DNA from: an uncultured Actinomycetes bacterium
Lineage (GTDB): Bacteria; Actinomycetota; Coriobacteriia; Coriobacteriales; Atopobiaceae
Direction of reading: 5' to 3'
Assembly (NCBI GenBank): GCA_900313905.1
Contig: OMTG01000021.1
Coordinates: forward strand, 28,017-92,016
Length of the DNA stretch: 64,000 nucleotides
Shown here: positions 45,027-54,500 of the stretch, piece by piece
How the letters are laid out: each line of letters starts with the position of its first letter
Position numbering within the stretch: the first letter of the stretch is position 1
Made by a program: the position numbers and the translations under genes
Notes under the pieces: model-generated
Told to the model about the DNA's origin: nothing
The model's input: only the letters and a program-made list of their open reading frames with translations
Database searches by the model: none

Positions 45027-46421
45027 ATGGAACGTCCGAATGCATGGAGCGCAGCCTCCGAAGAGGAGCGCCGAGCCATCACCAGCTTCTGCGAGGGCTA
45101 CAAGGCCTACATCAGCGAGAACAAGACCGAGCGTGAATGCTGCGCGGCAGGCGTGAAGCTCGCCCGCGAGGCCGGATACAGGCGACTCGAGGACGTGATC
45201 TCAGAAGGCGGCACGCTCAAGGCAGGCGACAAGGTCTACGCCGTGAACCACGGGAAGACCTTGCTGCTCCTCCAGATGGGAACGGCGCCCCTCGAGGAAG
45301 GCCTCAACATCCTCGGCGCCCACATCGATTCTCCCCGTCTCGATATCAAGCAGAATCCGCTCGAGGAGAAGAATGGCCTTGCCTACCTCGACACCCATTA
45401 CTACGGCGGCATCAAGAAGTACCAGTGGGTGGCCCTGCCGCTTGCCCTCCACGGCGTCATCTGCCGCAAGGATGGCACGACCGTGAAGGTGGCCCTCGGC
45501 GAGGCTGCAGACGATCCCGTCTTCTGCGTCTCCGACATCCTGATCCATCTGGCGAAGGACCAGATGGCAAAGACGGCTGCCGATGCTGTCGAGGGCGAGC
45601 TCCTCGACCTCCTGGTCGGCAACGAGCCCCTTAAGGTGGAGGGCGACGATAAGGACCAGAAAGATCCCGTCAAGGCCCATGTCCTCTCCCTCCTCAAGAG
45701 CAGCTACGGAATCGAGGAGGAGGACTTCCTCTCCGCCGAGCTTGAGGTCGTGCCGGCAGGCCCCGCCCGCGATCTGGGCCTCGACCGCTCGATGATCTTA
45801 GGCTATGGCCAGGATGACCGCGTCTGCGCCTATCCTTCCCTCATGGCCCAGCTGCAGAACGAGACGCCAGCGCGCACGGCAGTGACCCTTTTGGTCGATA
45901 AGGAGGAGATCGGCTCGGTCGGCGCCACAGGAATGACGAGCAGGTTCTTCGAGAACACGATCGCCGAGGTGCTTGCCCTTGCCGGCGAGACCTCCCCGCT
46001 TGCCCTGCGTCGCTGCCTCGCCCGCTCCCGCATGCTCTCGAGCGATGTCTCGGCAGGCTTCGATCCGCTCTATGCCTCGGTCTTCGAGCCGAAGAACTCC
46101 TGCTACCTGAGCCACGGACTCACGTTCAACAAATATACGGGCTCGCGCGGCAAGGGCGGCTCCAATGATGCGGATGCCGAATATCTGGCCCAGGTCAGGC
46201 GTGCCATGGACGAGGCGGACGTGCGCTGGCAGACAGCCGAGCTCGGCCGCGTCGATGCCGGTGGCGGCGGCACCATCGCCTACATCCTTGCCGAGTACGA
46301 TATGGATGTCGTGGACTGCGGCGTGCCAGTCCTCTCGATGCATGCTCCCTGGGAGGCAACGAGCAAGGCCGACATCCATGAGGCATACAAGGGCTACTGT
46401 GCCTTCCTGAAGATGGCCTAG
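45027..46421 (+). CDS. M18-family aminopeptidase
   Basis: Start at 45027 (GGAAAGGAAG RBS). Blocks GAHIDSPRLD, YGQDDRVC, DKEEIGS and SMHAPWE are typical of M18 aminopeptidases. Confidence 0.88.
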   Translation: MERPNAWSAASEEERRAITSFCEGYKAYISENKTERECCAAGVKLAREAGYRRLEDVISEGGTLKAGDKVYAVNHGKTLLLLQMGTAPLEEGLNILGAHIDSPRLDIKQNPLEEKNGLAYLDTHYYGGIKKYQWVALPLALHGVICRKDGTTVKVALGEAADDPVFCVSDILIHLAKDQMAKTAADAVEGELLDLLVGNEPLKVEGDDKDQKDPVKAHVLSLLKSSYGIEEEDFLSAELEVVPAGPARDLGLDRSMILGYGQDDRVCAYPSLMAQLQNETPARTAVTLLVDKEEIGSVGATGMTSRFFENTIAEVLALAGETSPLALRRCLARSRMLSSDVSAGFDPLYASVFEPKNSCYLSHGLTFNKYTGSRGKGGSNDADAEYLAQVRRAMDEADVRWQTAELGRVDAGGGGTIAYILAEYDMDVVDCGVPVLSMHAPWEATSKADIHEAYKGYCAFLKMA

Positions 46422-46442
46422 CCTGCCTGAGAATCTGAAGAC

Positions 46443-46485
46443 AGAAGCGCCTGGCTCTCGAGCCAGGCGCTTCTTTGTCTCTCTT
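46443..46485 (+). terminator. bidirectional-looking rho-independent terminator between the aminopeptidase gene and dapH
   Basis: AGAAGCGCCTGGC / GCCAGGCGCTTCT 13-bp stem followed by TTGTCTCTCTT. Confidence 0.75.
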
Positions 46486-46507
46486 ATATATGGCTACAGG
46501 ATGCAGC

Positions 46508-47221
46508 TCAGAGGTTCCTCAGGGCATCGACGAGGGCGGTCTTGCCCTGCGTCTTCTCGTCCTTCATCTTGATGACCTTGGCAGGGCAGCCTGCGACGAC
46601 GGCTCCTGCCGGCACATCCTCGATCACGACGGCGCCGGCAGCGACGACCGCGCCCTCGCCCACATGGACGCCCTCGATCACGACGGCGTTCGCGCCCATC
46701 ATCACATTGTCGTCGACGATGACGGGAGTGGCAGAGGCGGGCTCGACGACGCCTGCAAGCACGGTGCCGGCACCGATATGGCAATGCTTGCCGACGATGG
46801 CACGGCCTCCCAGGACAGCGCCCATATCAATCATGGTGCCCTCCCCCACGACTGCGCCGATGTTGATGATGGCACCCATCATGATGACAGCATTGTCGCC
46901 GATCTCGACCTTCTCGCGGATGATGGCGCCCGGCTCGATGCGGGCGTTGATGTCCTTGATATCGAGCATGGGGACACCCGAGTTCCTGCGGTCGTTCTCG
47001 ACCACGACGTCCTCGATCTCCTCAGCATGCTCGGAGAGCGCTGGCTCGAGGTCCGCCCAGTCGCCGAAGACGACGGCGCACTGGCCGCTGCCGAAGACAT
47101 GGGAATCCTCGCCCCAGTCGATCCAGTCCATCTGCGCCTCGGGGGCAAGCTTCACATAGAGCTTGACGGGCGTCTTCTTCGGTGCGTTCGCGATATAGTC
47201 GATGATCTCCTGCGCATCCAT
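46508..47221 (-). CDS. dapH: 2,3,4,5-tetrahydropyridine-2,6-dicarboxylate N-acetyltransferase (DapH type)
   Basis: Start at 47221 ([10 protein letters not shown]). Left-handed beta-helix hexapeptide repeats ([33 protein letters not shown]), with length and N-terminal domain matching DapH. Confidence 0.88.
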   Translation of the reverse strand: MDAQEIIDYIANAPKKTPVKLYVKLAPEAQMDWIDWGEDSHVFGSGQCAVVFGDWADLEPALSEHAEEIEDVVVENDRRNSGVPMLDIKDINARIEPGAIIREKVEIGDNAVIMMGAIINIGAVVGEGTMIDMGAVLGGRAIVGKHCHIGAGTVLAGVVEPASATPVIVDDNVMMGANAVVIEGVHVGEGAVVAAGAVVIEDVPAGAVVAGCPAKVIKMKDEKTQGKTALVDALRNL

Positions 47222-47241
47222 GGATGTGCTCCTTTCCTCCA

Positions 47242-48555
47242 TCAAGCCTGGGGCTTCTTCGTGTTGATGCCGTGCTGAATCTCCTCGAGCCTCTTATAGA
47301 GGGGCGAGAAGTCGAGCGTCGCAAAGTAGTCGAGCGGGGTCTCGGCACGGCGTATGAGCTTCGTCGAGCCATCCTCCTTGAGGAGGATCTCGGCAGAGCG
47401 GAGCCGGCCATTGTAGTTGTAGCCCATCGAATGCCCATGGGCGCCCACATCGTGGATGAAGAGAAGGTCGCCGATCTCGACGGGCGGCAGCGCCCGGTGC
47501 GTCGCGAAGCGGTCCGAGTTCTCGCAGAGCATGCCGGTCACGCTGTAGCGCTCCGTCGCCGGCACGTCCTCCTTCCCCATCACGGTGATGTGATGGTAGG
47601 CCCCATAGAGCATGGGCCGCATGAGGTTGGCAGCACAGGCATCGACGCCCACATAGTCGTCGTAGGTGTGCTTGAGGTGCAGGACCCGTGTGACAAGGCC
47701 GCCATAGGGTGCCAGCATGAAGCGGCCGAGCTCGGTCCCAAGCGCCACATCGGAAAGCCCTGCCGGCAGCAGGATCTCGTCGAAGACCTTGTGGACCTCC
47801 TCGCCGATGAGGGCGATATCGTTCGGCTCCTCTTCTGGCTTGTAGGCGACACCGACGCCACCCGAAAGGTTGATGAGGGTGACCTTGATGCCGAACTCCC
47901 GCGTGAGGCGCACCGCCAGCGTGCAGAGCGTGCGTGCAAGCGCCGGGTAGTAGTCGTTCGTGACCGTGTTGGAGGCAAGCAGGGCATGGAGGCCGAACTC
48001 CTTCACGCCGGCTGCCTTGAGCTCGCGGGCTGCCTCGAAGATCTGCTCTTCTGTCATCCCGAACTTCGCATCCTCGGGCGAGCCGAAGATGCCATTCGCG
48101 AAGGCGAAGTCGCCGCCTGGATTGAACCTGAGGCTCACGAACTCCGGCACAGGGTCTGCGACCTCCTTCAGGAGCGCCACATGGGTGACATCGTCGAGAT
48201 TGATGCCAGCACCGAGGCTCACCGCATAGGCGAGCTCGTCTTTCGGGGTGTCGTTCGAGCTGAACATGATGTCACGGCCCGTGATGCCCAGAGCCTCGGC
48301 GAGCATGAGCTCGGCCTCGCTCGAGCAGTCCACGCCGAACCCATACTCATGGAGGATCGAGATGAGGGTCGGATTGGGGGTCGCCTTGATCGCGAAGAAT
48401 TCCTTGAACTTTGGATTCCAGGAGAAGGCCTTCACGACCCGCTCCGCATTCTCGCGTATGCCCTTCTCATCGTAGAGATAGAAGGGGGTGGGATAGGCCT
48501 TCGCTATCTCCTCGAGCTGCTCCTTCGTGACGAAGGGGCGTTTGCGCTGCGCCAC
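47242..48555 (-). CDS. lysA: diaminopimelate decarboxylase
   Basis: GTG start at 48555, 5 nt after a GGGAGG RBS. PLP Lys block [15 protein letters not shown], and a C-terminal CENSD block. 20-nt gap to dapH. Confidence 0.9.
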   Translation of the reverse strand: MAQRKRPFVTKEQLEEIAKAYPTPFYLYDEKGIRENAERVVKAFSWNPKFKEFFAIKATPNPTLISILHEYGFGVDCSSEAELMLAEALGITGRDIMFSSNDTPKDELAYAVSLGAGINLDDVTHVALLKEVADPVPEFVSLRFNPGGDFAFANGIFGSPEDAKFGMTEEQIFEAARELKAAGVKEFGLHALLASNTVTNDYYPALARTLCTLAVRLTREFGIKVTLINLSGGVGVAYKPEEEPNDIALIGEEVHKVFDEILLPAGLSDVALGTELGRFMLAPYGGLVTRVLHLKHTYDDYVGVDACAANLMRPMLYGAYHHITVMGKEDVPATERYSVTGMLCENSDRFATHRALPPVEIGDLLFIHDVGAHGHSMGYNYNGRLRSAEILLKEDGSTKLIRRAETPLDYFATLDFSPLYKRLEEIQHGINTKKPQA

Positions 48556-48612
48556 GCTGCCTCCCTTTGGTCCAAGGCACTCCCCAGCAGGTGCCATCAG
48601 GTTGTGGTCTTG

Positions 48613-48618
48613 ATTATA
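48613..48618 (-). promoter_or_regulatory. candidate -10 box (TATAAT) for lysA-dapH
   Basis: Exact TATAAT on the minus strand about 58 nt upstream of the lysA GTG. No good -35 element is seen. Confidence 0.35.
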
Positions 48619-48702
48619 CGGAGGCCTGCCGACCTGCCTCGAGCCATGTAACAGAATGGATGCACGCCCACACAGGCCGCCCACAACGCCGGGGCCCTTC
48701 CC

Positions 48703-48708
48703 TATAAT
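48703..48708 (+). promoter_or_regulatory. candidate -10 box (TATAAT) for the dapL-like amidohydrolase gene
   Basis: Exact TATAAT about 50 nt upstream of the ATG at 48758. No good -35 element is seen. Confidence 0.35.
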
Positions 48709-48757
48709 CGTTGGAAAAAACGGCATCCGTGCCGTACACGACCCTATCGGAGAGCCT

Positions 48758-49909
48758 ATGCGCGAATCCATCATCTCAGAGCCAACTACCTGCGACCTGC
48801 GCCGCTGGCGCCGCGACCTGCACCAGATGCCGGAGACCGATTTCGACCTGCCCGAGACCCTGGCCTACATCGAGCGGGAGCTCGAAGAGGTCGCATCCGA
48901 GCTTTCAGCCTTGGGCCAGAAGGCAGAGATCATCCATCCCTGCCGCTCGACCATCTGTCTCTTCCTCGACCGCGGAAGCGAGCACACGACCGCCCTGCGC
49001 TCCGATATGGACGCCCTGCCGGTAACCGAGAAGACCGGCATCCCCTTCGCCTCGAAGCATCCCGGAAAGATGCATGCCTGTGGCCATGACGGACACATGG
49101 CGATGCTGCTGGGCCTTGCCCACCATCTGGTCCTCCACGCTGGCGAGCTTCCCCGCTCCGTCCTCCTCGTCTTCCAGCCCGCTGAGGAGACGACGGGCGG
49201 CGCCAAGGTCGTCTGCGAGACCGGCATCTTCGAGAGGCTCCACGTGGACCGCATATTCGGCTTCCATCTCTGGCCCGACCTCCCTAAGGGCTCGCTCTCA
49301 TCGAGGCCCGGCTCGCTTCTGGCAGGCTCCCACGAGACCAACGTCACGATGCATGGCAGGGCCTCCCATATCGCGAAGGCCGACCAGGGCGCAGATGCCC
49401 TCATGGCAGAAGCGTGGTTCCTCCTTGCCGCCAGCTCCTATATGGAGGAGCGCCAGGCCGAGGAGCCCTGCATCCTCAAGTTCGGCCACATGACAGCAGG
49501 CACGGTCAGGAACCAGATAGCCGACACGGCGCGCCTCGAAGGCTCTCTGCGCATCTTCTCGACCGCAATGGACCAGACGATCCAGGATGCCATCCCCGGC
49601 ATAGCGGCCGATGCTGCAGCCAAGGAGGGCTGCACGGCCGAGGTCCATTTCTCGGAAGGCTATCCTCCCGTCATGAACGATTCTGCCCTCTTCAGCCAGG
49701 TCGATCAGGCGCTCCCCGATCTCGAGATCCTGCCTGAGCCTCTCCTCATTGCCGAGGACTTCGCCTGGTACCAGCAGTATCTGCCAGGAGTGTTCCTGCT
49801 CCTCGGCACAGGGACGGGCATCCCGCTCCATGCGGCGACCTTCGACTTCGATGAGGAGATCCTGGCGAAGGGCCTTGCCACCTACGAGCGGCTCATCCGC
49901 ATGCCCTGA
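48758..49909 (+). CDS. dapL: M20D amidohydrolase, probable N-acetyldiaminopimelate deacetylase
   Basis: Start at 48758. Blocks RRDLHQMPE, ALRSDMDALP, HACGHDGH and FQPAEE are typical of M20D enzymes. The functional assignment rests on genomic context with dapH and lysA. Confidence 0.8.
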   Translation: MRESIISEPTTCDLRRWRRDLHQMPETDFDLPETLAYIERELEEVASELSALGQKAEIIHPCRSTICLFLDRGSEHTTALRSDMDALPVTEKTGIPFASKHPGKMHACGHDGHMAMLLGLAHHLVLHAGELPRSVLLVFQPAEETTGGAKVVCETGIFERLHVDRIFGFHLWPDLPKGSLSSRPGSLLAGSHETNVTMHGRASHIAKADQGADALMAEAWFLLAASSYMEERQAEEPCILKFGHMTAGTVRNQIADTARLEGSLRIFSTAMDQTIQDAIPGIAADAAAKEGCTAEVHFSEGYPPVMNDSALFSQVDQALPDLEILPEPLLIAEDFAWYQQYLPGVFLLLGTGTGIPLHAATFDFDEEILAKGLATYERLIRMP

Positions 49910-49931
49910 GCAGATACAGCAGCCAGAAGCA

Positions 49932-49963
49932 AGAGGGCGGCCACAGGGCCGCCCTCTCTTCTT
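49932..49963 (+). terminator. rho-independent terminator after the amidohydrolase gene
   Basis: AGAGGGCGGCC / GGCCGCCCTCT 11-bp stem with a 4-nt loop, followed by CTTCTTG. Confidence 0.7.
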
Positions 49964-49979
49964 GCAGCCATGCCTTCTC

Positions 49980-51143
49980 TCAGATGCGCTCGAGGCTCGC
50001 ACAGAAGGCCCCCAGGCGGGAAAGCCCCTCCCTCAAGGTCTCCTCTGTGCAGGCATAGCTCAGGCGTACATGGCCTTCCGACCCGAAGCAGGTGCCTGGC
50101 ACCAGGGCCACGCCTGCCTCCTTGATGGCACGGGTGCAGAAGCGCTCCGAGGCGATCTGCTTTCCATCCGCATCGGCAAAGCCCCGAAGCGAGGGGAAGG
50201 CATAGAAGGCGCCTTCCGGCCTCACGCAGGAAAGCCCCATCTCAGAGAGGGCAGAGACCGTGATGTCGCGCCTTCTCTCGTAGCTCTTCCGGAAGGGCTC
50301 CACATCGCTTGCAAGCGCCACGCAGGCTGCATCCTGCGTGAAGGAGACGACGCTCGAGATCGCATACATGTGCACCATGGAGAGGGCGCCCATCAGAGAC
50401 GATGGCGCTGCAAGCCAGCCCAGGCGCCATCCCGTCATCGCATAGGGCTTGGAGAAGCTGTTCACGACGATGATGCGGTCGGAAAGCTCCGGATAGGCCT
50501 GGGCGAAGCCCTCATAGGCATCTGTATAGATGAGCTTCTCGTAGACATTGTCCGAGATCACATAGCAGTCGTGCTCGCGCGCCACCTTCGCCACGGCAGC
50601 AAGGCTCTCCTTCGTGAGCACGGTGCCTGTGGGGTTCAGGGGCGAGTTAAGGATGATGGCCTTCGTATGCTCCGATGCGGCCGCCTCGAGCTTCTCCGGA
50701 TCTATCTGGAAATCATCCGGCTCGCAATCGAGCGCCACAGGCGTCGCCCGGCAGATCCTCACGATTGCATCGTAGAGCAGGAAGGCAGGCGTCGGGATGA
50801 TCACCTCATCGCCCGGGTTGAGCATCGTCATGAGCGCCGTGAAGACCGCCTCGGTGGCGCCTGAGGTCACGATGATCTGGTCTTCGGGATAGCTGAGCCC
50901 TTCCTCTGCCATGTAGGCAGAGATCGCCTCCCGGAGGCGGGGCTGGCCATTGTTGGGGGGATAGTGGGTCTTTCCCGCCTCGAGCGAAGACGAGACCTCG
51001 TGCCTGACCTCCTCAGGCGTCGTCTCTCCTGGCTCCCCCAAGGTGAGCGAAATGCAGCCCGGCGTCTCGGCGGCGAGCCTGCTGAACTGGCGGATGCCAG
51101 AGGGCTTCAGATGGTCCAGTGCATTGTTGAGCGTCATTGCCAT
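49980..51143 (-). CDS. class I/II PLP-dependent aminotransferase (candidate N-acetyl-LL-DAP aminotransferase)
   Basis: SGIRQF N-terminal motif, NSPLNPTG, and PLP Lys block SFSKPYAMTGWRLG. The role is inferred from adjacency to the DAP genes. Confidence 0.85.
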   Translation of the reverse strand: MAMTLNNALDHLKPSGIRQFSRLAAETPGCISLTLGEPGETTPEEVRHEVSSSLEAGKTHYPPNNGQPRLREAISAYMAEEGLSYPEDQIIVTSGATEAVFTALMTMLNPGDEVIIPTPAFLLYDAIVRICRATPVALDCEPDDFQIDPEKLEAAASEHTKAIILNSPLNPTGTVLTKESLAAVAKVAREHDCYVISDNVYEKLIYTDAYEGFAQAYPELSDRIIVVNSFSKPYAMTGWRLGWLAAPSSLMGALSMVHMYAISSVVSFTQDAACVALASDVEPFRKSYERRRDITVSALSEMGLSCVRPEGAFYAFPSLRGFADADGKQIASERFCTRAIKEAGVALVPGTCFGSEGHVRLSYACTEETLREGLSRLGAFCASLERI

Positions 51144-51239
51144 AAGACTTGGGTCCCTTCACCGAAGTGTCGGGACCCATTATCTCATGCAGGGCAGAGA
51201 AGCGCCGTGCGCATCCCGTCTCGCCATCATCTTGTAGCA

Positions 51240-52007
51240 CTATTTGAGAAGGGCGAGCACTTCCTTCTTGTAGGCCAGAAATTCCGGCTTCAGGGCAAAT
51301 GCCTCCGCAGAGAGGCCGCACCGCTCGATCCCGATGACTTTCACGACCTTCGAGGGGATGCCCTCCGAAGGGTTGCCCCCGAGCACATAGATCCGGTCGG
51401 ACATCGAGACCGCCTCGTCCACATCGTGGGTGATCGCGATCGTCGCGATCCCGAGCCCGCGGGCCATATCGCAGTACCAGCTCCTGAGGTCGGTCCTCGT
51501 CAAGGCATCGAGGGCGCTGAACGGCTCATCGAGGAGCACGACCGAATTGCCCATCACATAGGTGCGCAGGAATGCCGCACGCTGCCGCATGCCGCCAGAG
51601 AGCTGGCTCGGCCACTTCTTCTGCGTGCCCTCCAGCCCGAAGCGGTCGAAGAGCGGCGCCACCTTCTCCCGTGCGTCCTTGGGCTTCATGCCTTTGAGCA
51701 CGAGCGGAAGCGAGACATTGTCCTCGATGGTCTTGTTCGGGAGCAGGAGGTCCTTCTGGAGCATGTAGCTGACCTTGCCCGGGATGCCATTGATGCTCTC
51801 GCCGCCCAGCAGCACCTCGCCTTTGAGCGGACGGGTCAGCCCGGACAGGGCATGGAGAATCGTGGTCTTGCCGCAGCCCGAGCGGCCGACAAGGCAGATG
51901 ACCTCGCCGGACGAGACGGAGAGGCTCACGTCCTCCACGACGATATGCTCTCCTCCATCCCAGGAGAGGGTGAGGTGCCTGGCCTCGAGCGCTGCTGCAT
52001 CTGCCAT
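51240..52007 (-). CDS. ABC transporter ATP-binding protein (NitT/TauT-type, ThiZ-like)
   Basis: Walker A GRSGCGKTT, signature LSGGMRQR, Walker B VLLDEPFSALD. Confidence 0.9.
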   Translation of the reverse strand: MADAAALEARHLTLSWDGGEHIVVEDVSLSVSSGEVICLVGRSGCGKTTILHALSGLTRPLKGEVLLGGESINGIPGKVSYMLQKDLLLPNKTIEDNVSLPLVLKGMKPKDAREKVAPLFDRFGLEGTQKKWPSQLSGGMRQRAAFLRTYVMGNSVVLLDEPFSALDALTRTDLRSWYCDMARGLGIATIAITHDVDEAVSMSDRIYVLGGNPSEGIPSKVVKVIGIERCGLSAEAFALKPEFLAYKKEVLALLK

Positions 52008-52010
52008 CGT

Positions 52011-53060
52011 CTATGCCTCGAGATAGTCCATGGTCCAGCCCGCATCCACATCGAGCTTGTTCGTGACCAGATCGTTATCGTTCAGCCACTGGAAGTAGGC
52101 AGCCCAGCGATCCTTGTCAATCACGCCCCAGGAGGACGCATCGTTGATGTACTGGTCGGCGAGGTAGGCCTGGCTCTTCTCGACGAGCGCCGAATCGAGC
52201 TCCGGCACCTGCTCGCAGAGGATGGACGCTGCCTCGTCCGGATTCTCGACGCAGAACTCGTAGCCCTTCTTCGCAGCGCGCACGAAGGCCTTCACGACAT
52301 CCGGGTTCTCCTTGCAGAAGTCATTGTTCGCGGCAAGGACCGGCGTATAGAAGTCGAAGACCGGATCCATCGAGATGAAGCTGAAGTAGTTCACCGGATA
52401 GTCCTGCACAGCGGCGTTCTGCACAGCCCATCCCTCGTAGACCCACACGCAATCGAACATGTTGGCCTTGAGGCCAGCGACCTCGTCGTCCACCGAATAG
52501 GCGACCATCTTGAGCTTCGAGTAGTCCCCGCCGTCCGTCTCCATGATCTGCTTGATCGTGGCCTGTTCGACCGGCATGTCCCAAGTCGCATAGACGTGGT
52601 CCTCCATGTCGCGGGCACGCGTGATGTTGTCGGCCTGGCGGCTCATGATGCCAGAGGTGTTGTGCTGGATGATGGCGGCGACAGCCTGAATCGGAAGCGG
52701 GTTGTCGGAGGCGAGGGCGTTGGCGATGTAATCCTGGTAGGAGACGCCCATCTGCGCCTGGCCCGAGCCGATCATCGTCTCTGCCGTATCGTCAGCCGGC
52801 TGGATGATGTTCACATCGAGCCCCTCATCGGCAAACCATCCCTTCTGCTGCGCCACATAGATGCCGGTGTGGTTCGTGTTCGGTGTGTAGTCGAGGCAGA
52901 AGTCGATATGGGTGGTGTCGCCCGTAGTGGAAGAGGACGAGGAATCGGATGAGGCGCTCTGGGCGCCCGAGTTGTCATAGGCTCCGCAGCCTGCAAGGAA
53001 GGCGGTCGCTGCTGCAGCGGCGCTGGTCCCCAGGAATGCGCGGCGCGAGATGTTCTTCAT
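52011..53060 (-). CDS. NMT1/THI5-like substrate-binding lipoprotein (ThiY-like)
   Basis: Lipobox FLAGCGAY followed by a Ser-rich linker, then a periplasmic-binding fold with NHTGIYVAQQKGWF. Confidence 0.88.
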   Translation of the reverse strand: MKNISRRAFLGTSAAAAATAFLAGCGAYDNSGAQSASSDSSSSSTTGDTTHIDFCLDYTPNTNHTGIYVAQQKGWFADEGLDVNIIQPADDTAETMIGSGQAQMGVSYQDYIANALASDNPLPIQAVAAIIQHNTSGIMSRQADNITRARDMEDHVYATWDMPVEQATIKQIMETDGGDYSKLKMVAYSVDDEVAGLKANMFDCVWVYEGWAVQNAAVQDYPVNYFSFISMDPVFDFYTPVLAANNDFCKENPDVVKAFVRAAKKGYEFCVENPDEAASILCEQVPELDSALVEKSQAYLADQYINDASSWGVIDKDRWAAYFQWLNDNDLVTNKLDVDAGWTMDYLEA

Positions 53061-53066
53061 AATGAG

Positions 53067-53864
53067 CTATTTCCTTTCTGCCCTGATCCACGGCATGCAC
53101 AGCCGCTGGAGGGCATCCACTGCTTTCATAAGGAGGAGGGAGAGCGCGGAGATGATGAGGATGACGGCAAACATGCGGTCATAGGAGAAAGATTTCCTGA
53201 CGCGTGTCATGTACACGCCCAGTCCGCTGAAGCCGCCCAGCCATTCCGCGATGACGGCACCGACGATCGCGTAGGTCGCAGAGATGCGCAGGCCGCTGAA
53301 GAACTCCCCCAGAGCAGAGGGGAGCTTGACCTGCCAGAAGATCTGCCACCTCGATGCGTTCATCGTCCGCATGAGGTCGAGCAAATCCGGATCGACCGAT
53401 TCGAACCCAGAGACCAGCGACACCGTGACCGGGAAGAAGGTCGAGATCACGACGAGGACGATCTTCGGCGCCAGCCCATAGCCGAACCACAGGACGAGAA
53501 GCGGCGCGATCGCGACCGTCGGGATGGTCTGGGAGACCGTCACAAGGGGGTCGAGCGCCAGGCGCACGGTCTCGAAGCGATCCATCAGCACCGCCACGGC
53601 AAAGCCGACCGCGACGCCGATCACGAGGCCCCAGAAGGCCTCGATCAGGGTCGTGGCGGCATGGCCCAGAAGGAGCGCTGCATCGGCCACGAGGGCGGCA
53701 ATCACCTGCGTGGGACTTGGCAGCAGGAAGTTCGGGACGATGCCGAAAGCGACGACTGCCTGCCAGACCAAAAGGATGCAGACGATCGTGATCGTCGGGA
53801 CGGTCCATCTCCTCCGGGCGCGGCGCCCGGCCTCCCTCTCCCGGCTCTCAGATGCGCTAGGCAA
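53067..53864 (-). CDS. ABC transporter permease (ThiX-like)
   Basis: Six hydrophobic segments and an EAA-like loop MRTMNASRWQIFWQVKLPSA. Overlaps the ykoF-like stop by 8 nt. Confidence 0.88.
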   Translation of the reverse strand: MPSASESREREAGRRARRRWTVPTITIVCILLVWQAVVAFGIVPNFLLPSPTQVIAALVADAALLLGHAATTLIEAFWGLVIGVAVGFAVAVLMDRFETVRLALDPLVTVSQTIPTVAIAPLLVLWFGYGLAPKIVLVVISTFFPVTVSLVSGFESVDPDLLDLMRTMNASRWQIFWQVKLPSALGEFFSGLRISATYAIVGAVIAEWLGGFSGLGVYMTRVRKSFSYDRMFAVILIISALSLLLMKAVDALQRLCMPWIRAERK

Positions 53865-54195
53865 CCTCTTCGCCCTTCTTCTGGAACTCCGAGTCGGTCT
53901 GATGGTACTTCCCCACCTTGTGCTCTGTCGTCATCACGTCGCCCTCGGACTTGTAGTCGATCTTCACGTAGGTCGCGACGTGCTTGCAGCCTGCCTTGGC
54001 ACCGACAAGCTGGCAGTTCTTGATGATGTCCATGCAGAGGTCGTAATCGCCCTCGATTGCGGTCTCGAACGGTCCGACATAGTAGTCGATGCCGGTCGAA
54101 TCGATATAGGCGATCACCGCATCGACAATGCGGCAGACCTCCTCATCCGACCCTGCATCCATCGGCAGGTACTGTATCGCGCAAGAACAGTTCAT
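53857..54195 (-). CDS. MTH1187/YkoF-family (DUF77) thiamine/HMP-binding protein
   Basis: Start at 54195 (MNCSCAIQYLPM) with an AAGGAG RBS. ~110 aa ferredoxin-like fold pattern (PFETAIEGDYD). Confidence 0.8.
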   Translation of the reverse strand: MNCSCAIQYLPMDAGSDEEVCRIVDAVIAYIDSTGIDYYVGPFETAIEGDYDLCMDIIKNCQLVGAKAGCKHVATYVKIDYKSEGDVMTTEHKVGKYHQTDSEFQKKGEEVA

Positions 54196-54214
54196 GCGGC
54201 TCCTTTCCAGGGCA

Positions 54215-54248
54215 CCAAAAAAGGCACCCACGTTGTCCGTAGGTGCCC
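54215..54248 (-). terminator. TPP-riboswitch expression-platform terminator
   Basis: The minus strand reads GGCACCUAC-ggacaac-GUGGGUGCC followed by UUUUUUGG, immediately upstream of the ykoF-like RBS. Confidence 0.8.
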
Positions 54249-54257
54249 AAAGTTCGC

Positions 54258-54360
54258 TTTGCCCTGGTCCCTACGCCGGCATTGTCCGGACAGGTTCTAT
54301 GGGTCGCAGCATCTGGTAGCTGCCTCTCAGCCGGGCCATGTATCCCAGCTCCCCTGAAAA
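54258..54360 (-). promoter_or_regulatory. TPP (THI-box) riboswitch aptamer
   Basis: The minus strand reads GGGGAGCUGGG...GGCUGAGAGG...GACCCAUAGAACCUGUCCGGACAAUGCCGGCGUAGGGA. The CUGAGA and ACCUG-n-GGAxAAUGCC-GCGUAGGGA elements are the canonical THI-box. Confidence 0.88.
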
Positions 54361-54363
54361 GAC

Positions 54364-54391
54364 AGTATAGCGCAGGCATATGCGGGTGCAA
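54364..54391 (-). promoter_or_regulatory. candidate sigma-70-type promoter for the TPP-riboswitch operon
   Basis: On the minus strand, TTGCAC (-35), a 16-nt spacer, then TATACT (-10), ending 4-10 nt before the aptamer. Confidence 0.55.
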
Positions 54392-54431
54392 AACCTTGTC
54401 ATCGGGAAAACAGGCGTCTGCATCTTCCCTT

Positions 54432-54463
54432 GAATCCAGACTTCATCGAATCCAGACTTCATC
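54432..54463. repeat. perfect tandem direct repeat, 2 x 16 bp (gaatccagacttcatc)
   Basis: Read directly from the sequence. Confidence 0.95.
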
Positions 54464-54480
54464 AGAACTGCTCCGCCGCT

Positions 54481-54500
54481 CATCCGTACCTGTACGGATG
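54481..54500. repeat. 20-bp palindrome CATCCGTAC-CT-GTACGGATG
   Basis: Read directly from the sequence; the 9-bp arms are perfect. Confidence 0.95.

Noticed and set aside
44192-45082. Long minus-strand ORFs rich in Glu/Leu/Val/Pro opposite the Ser/Thr-tail region. I also asked whether the low-complexity block could be a CRISPR-like or minisatellite array.
   Set aside because: These are antisense translations of the agc/acg/tcc-rich coding repeat. There are no regularly spaced identical repeats with unique spacers, so this is not a CRISPR array. The plus-strand gene has an RBS, TM helices and a terminator.
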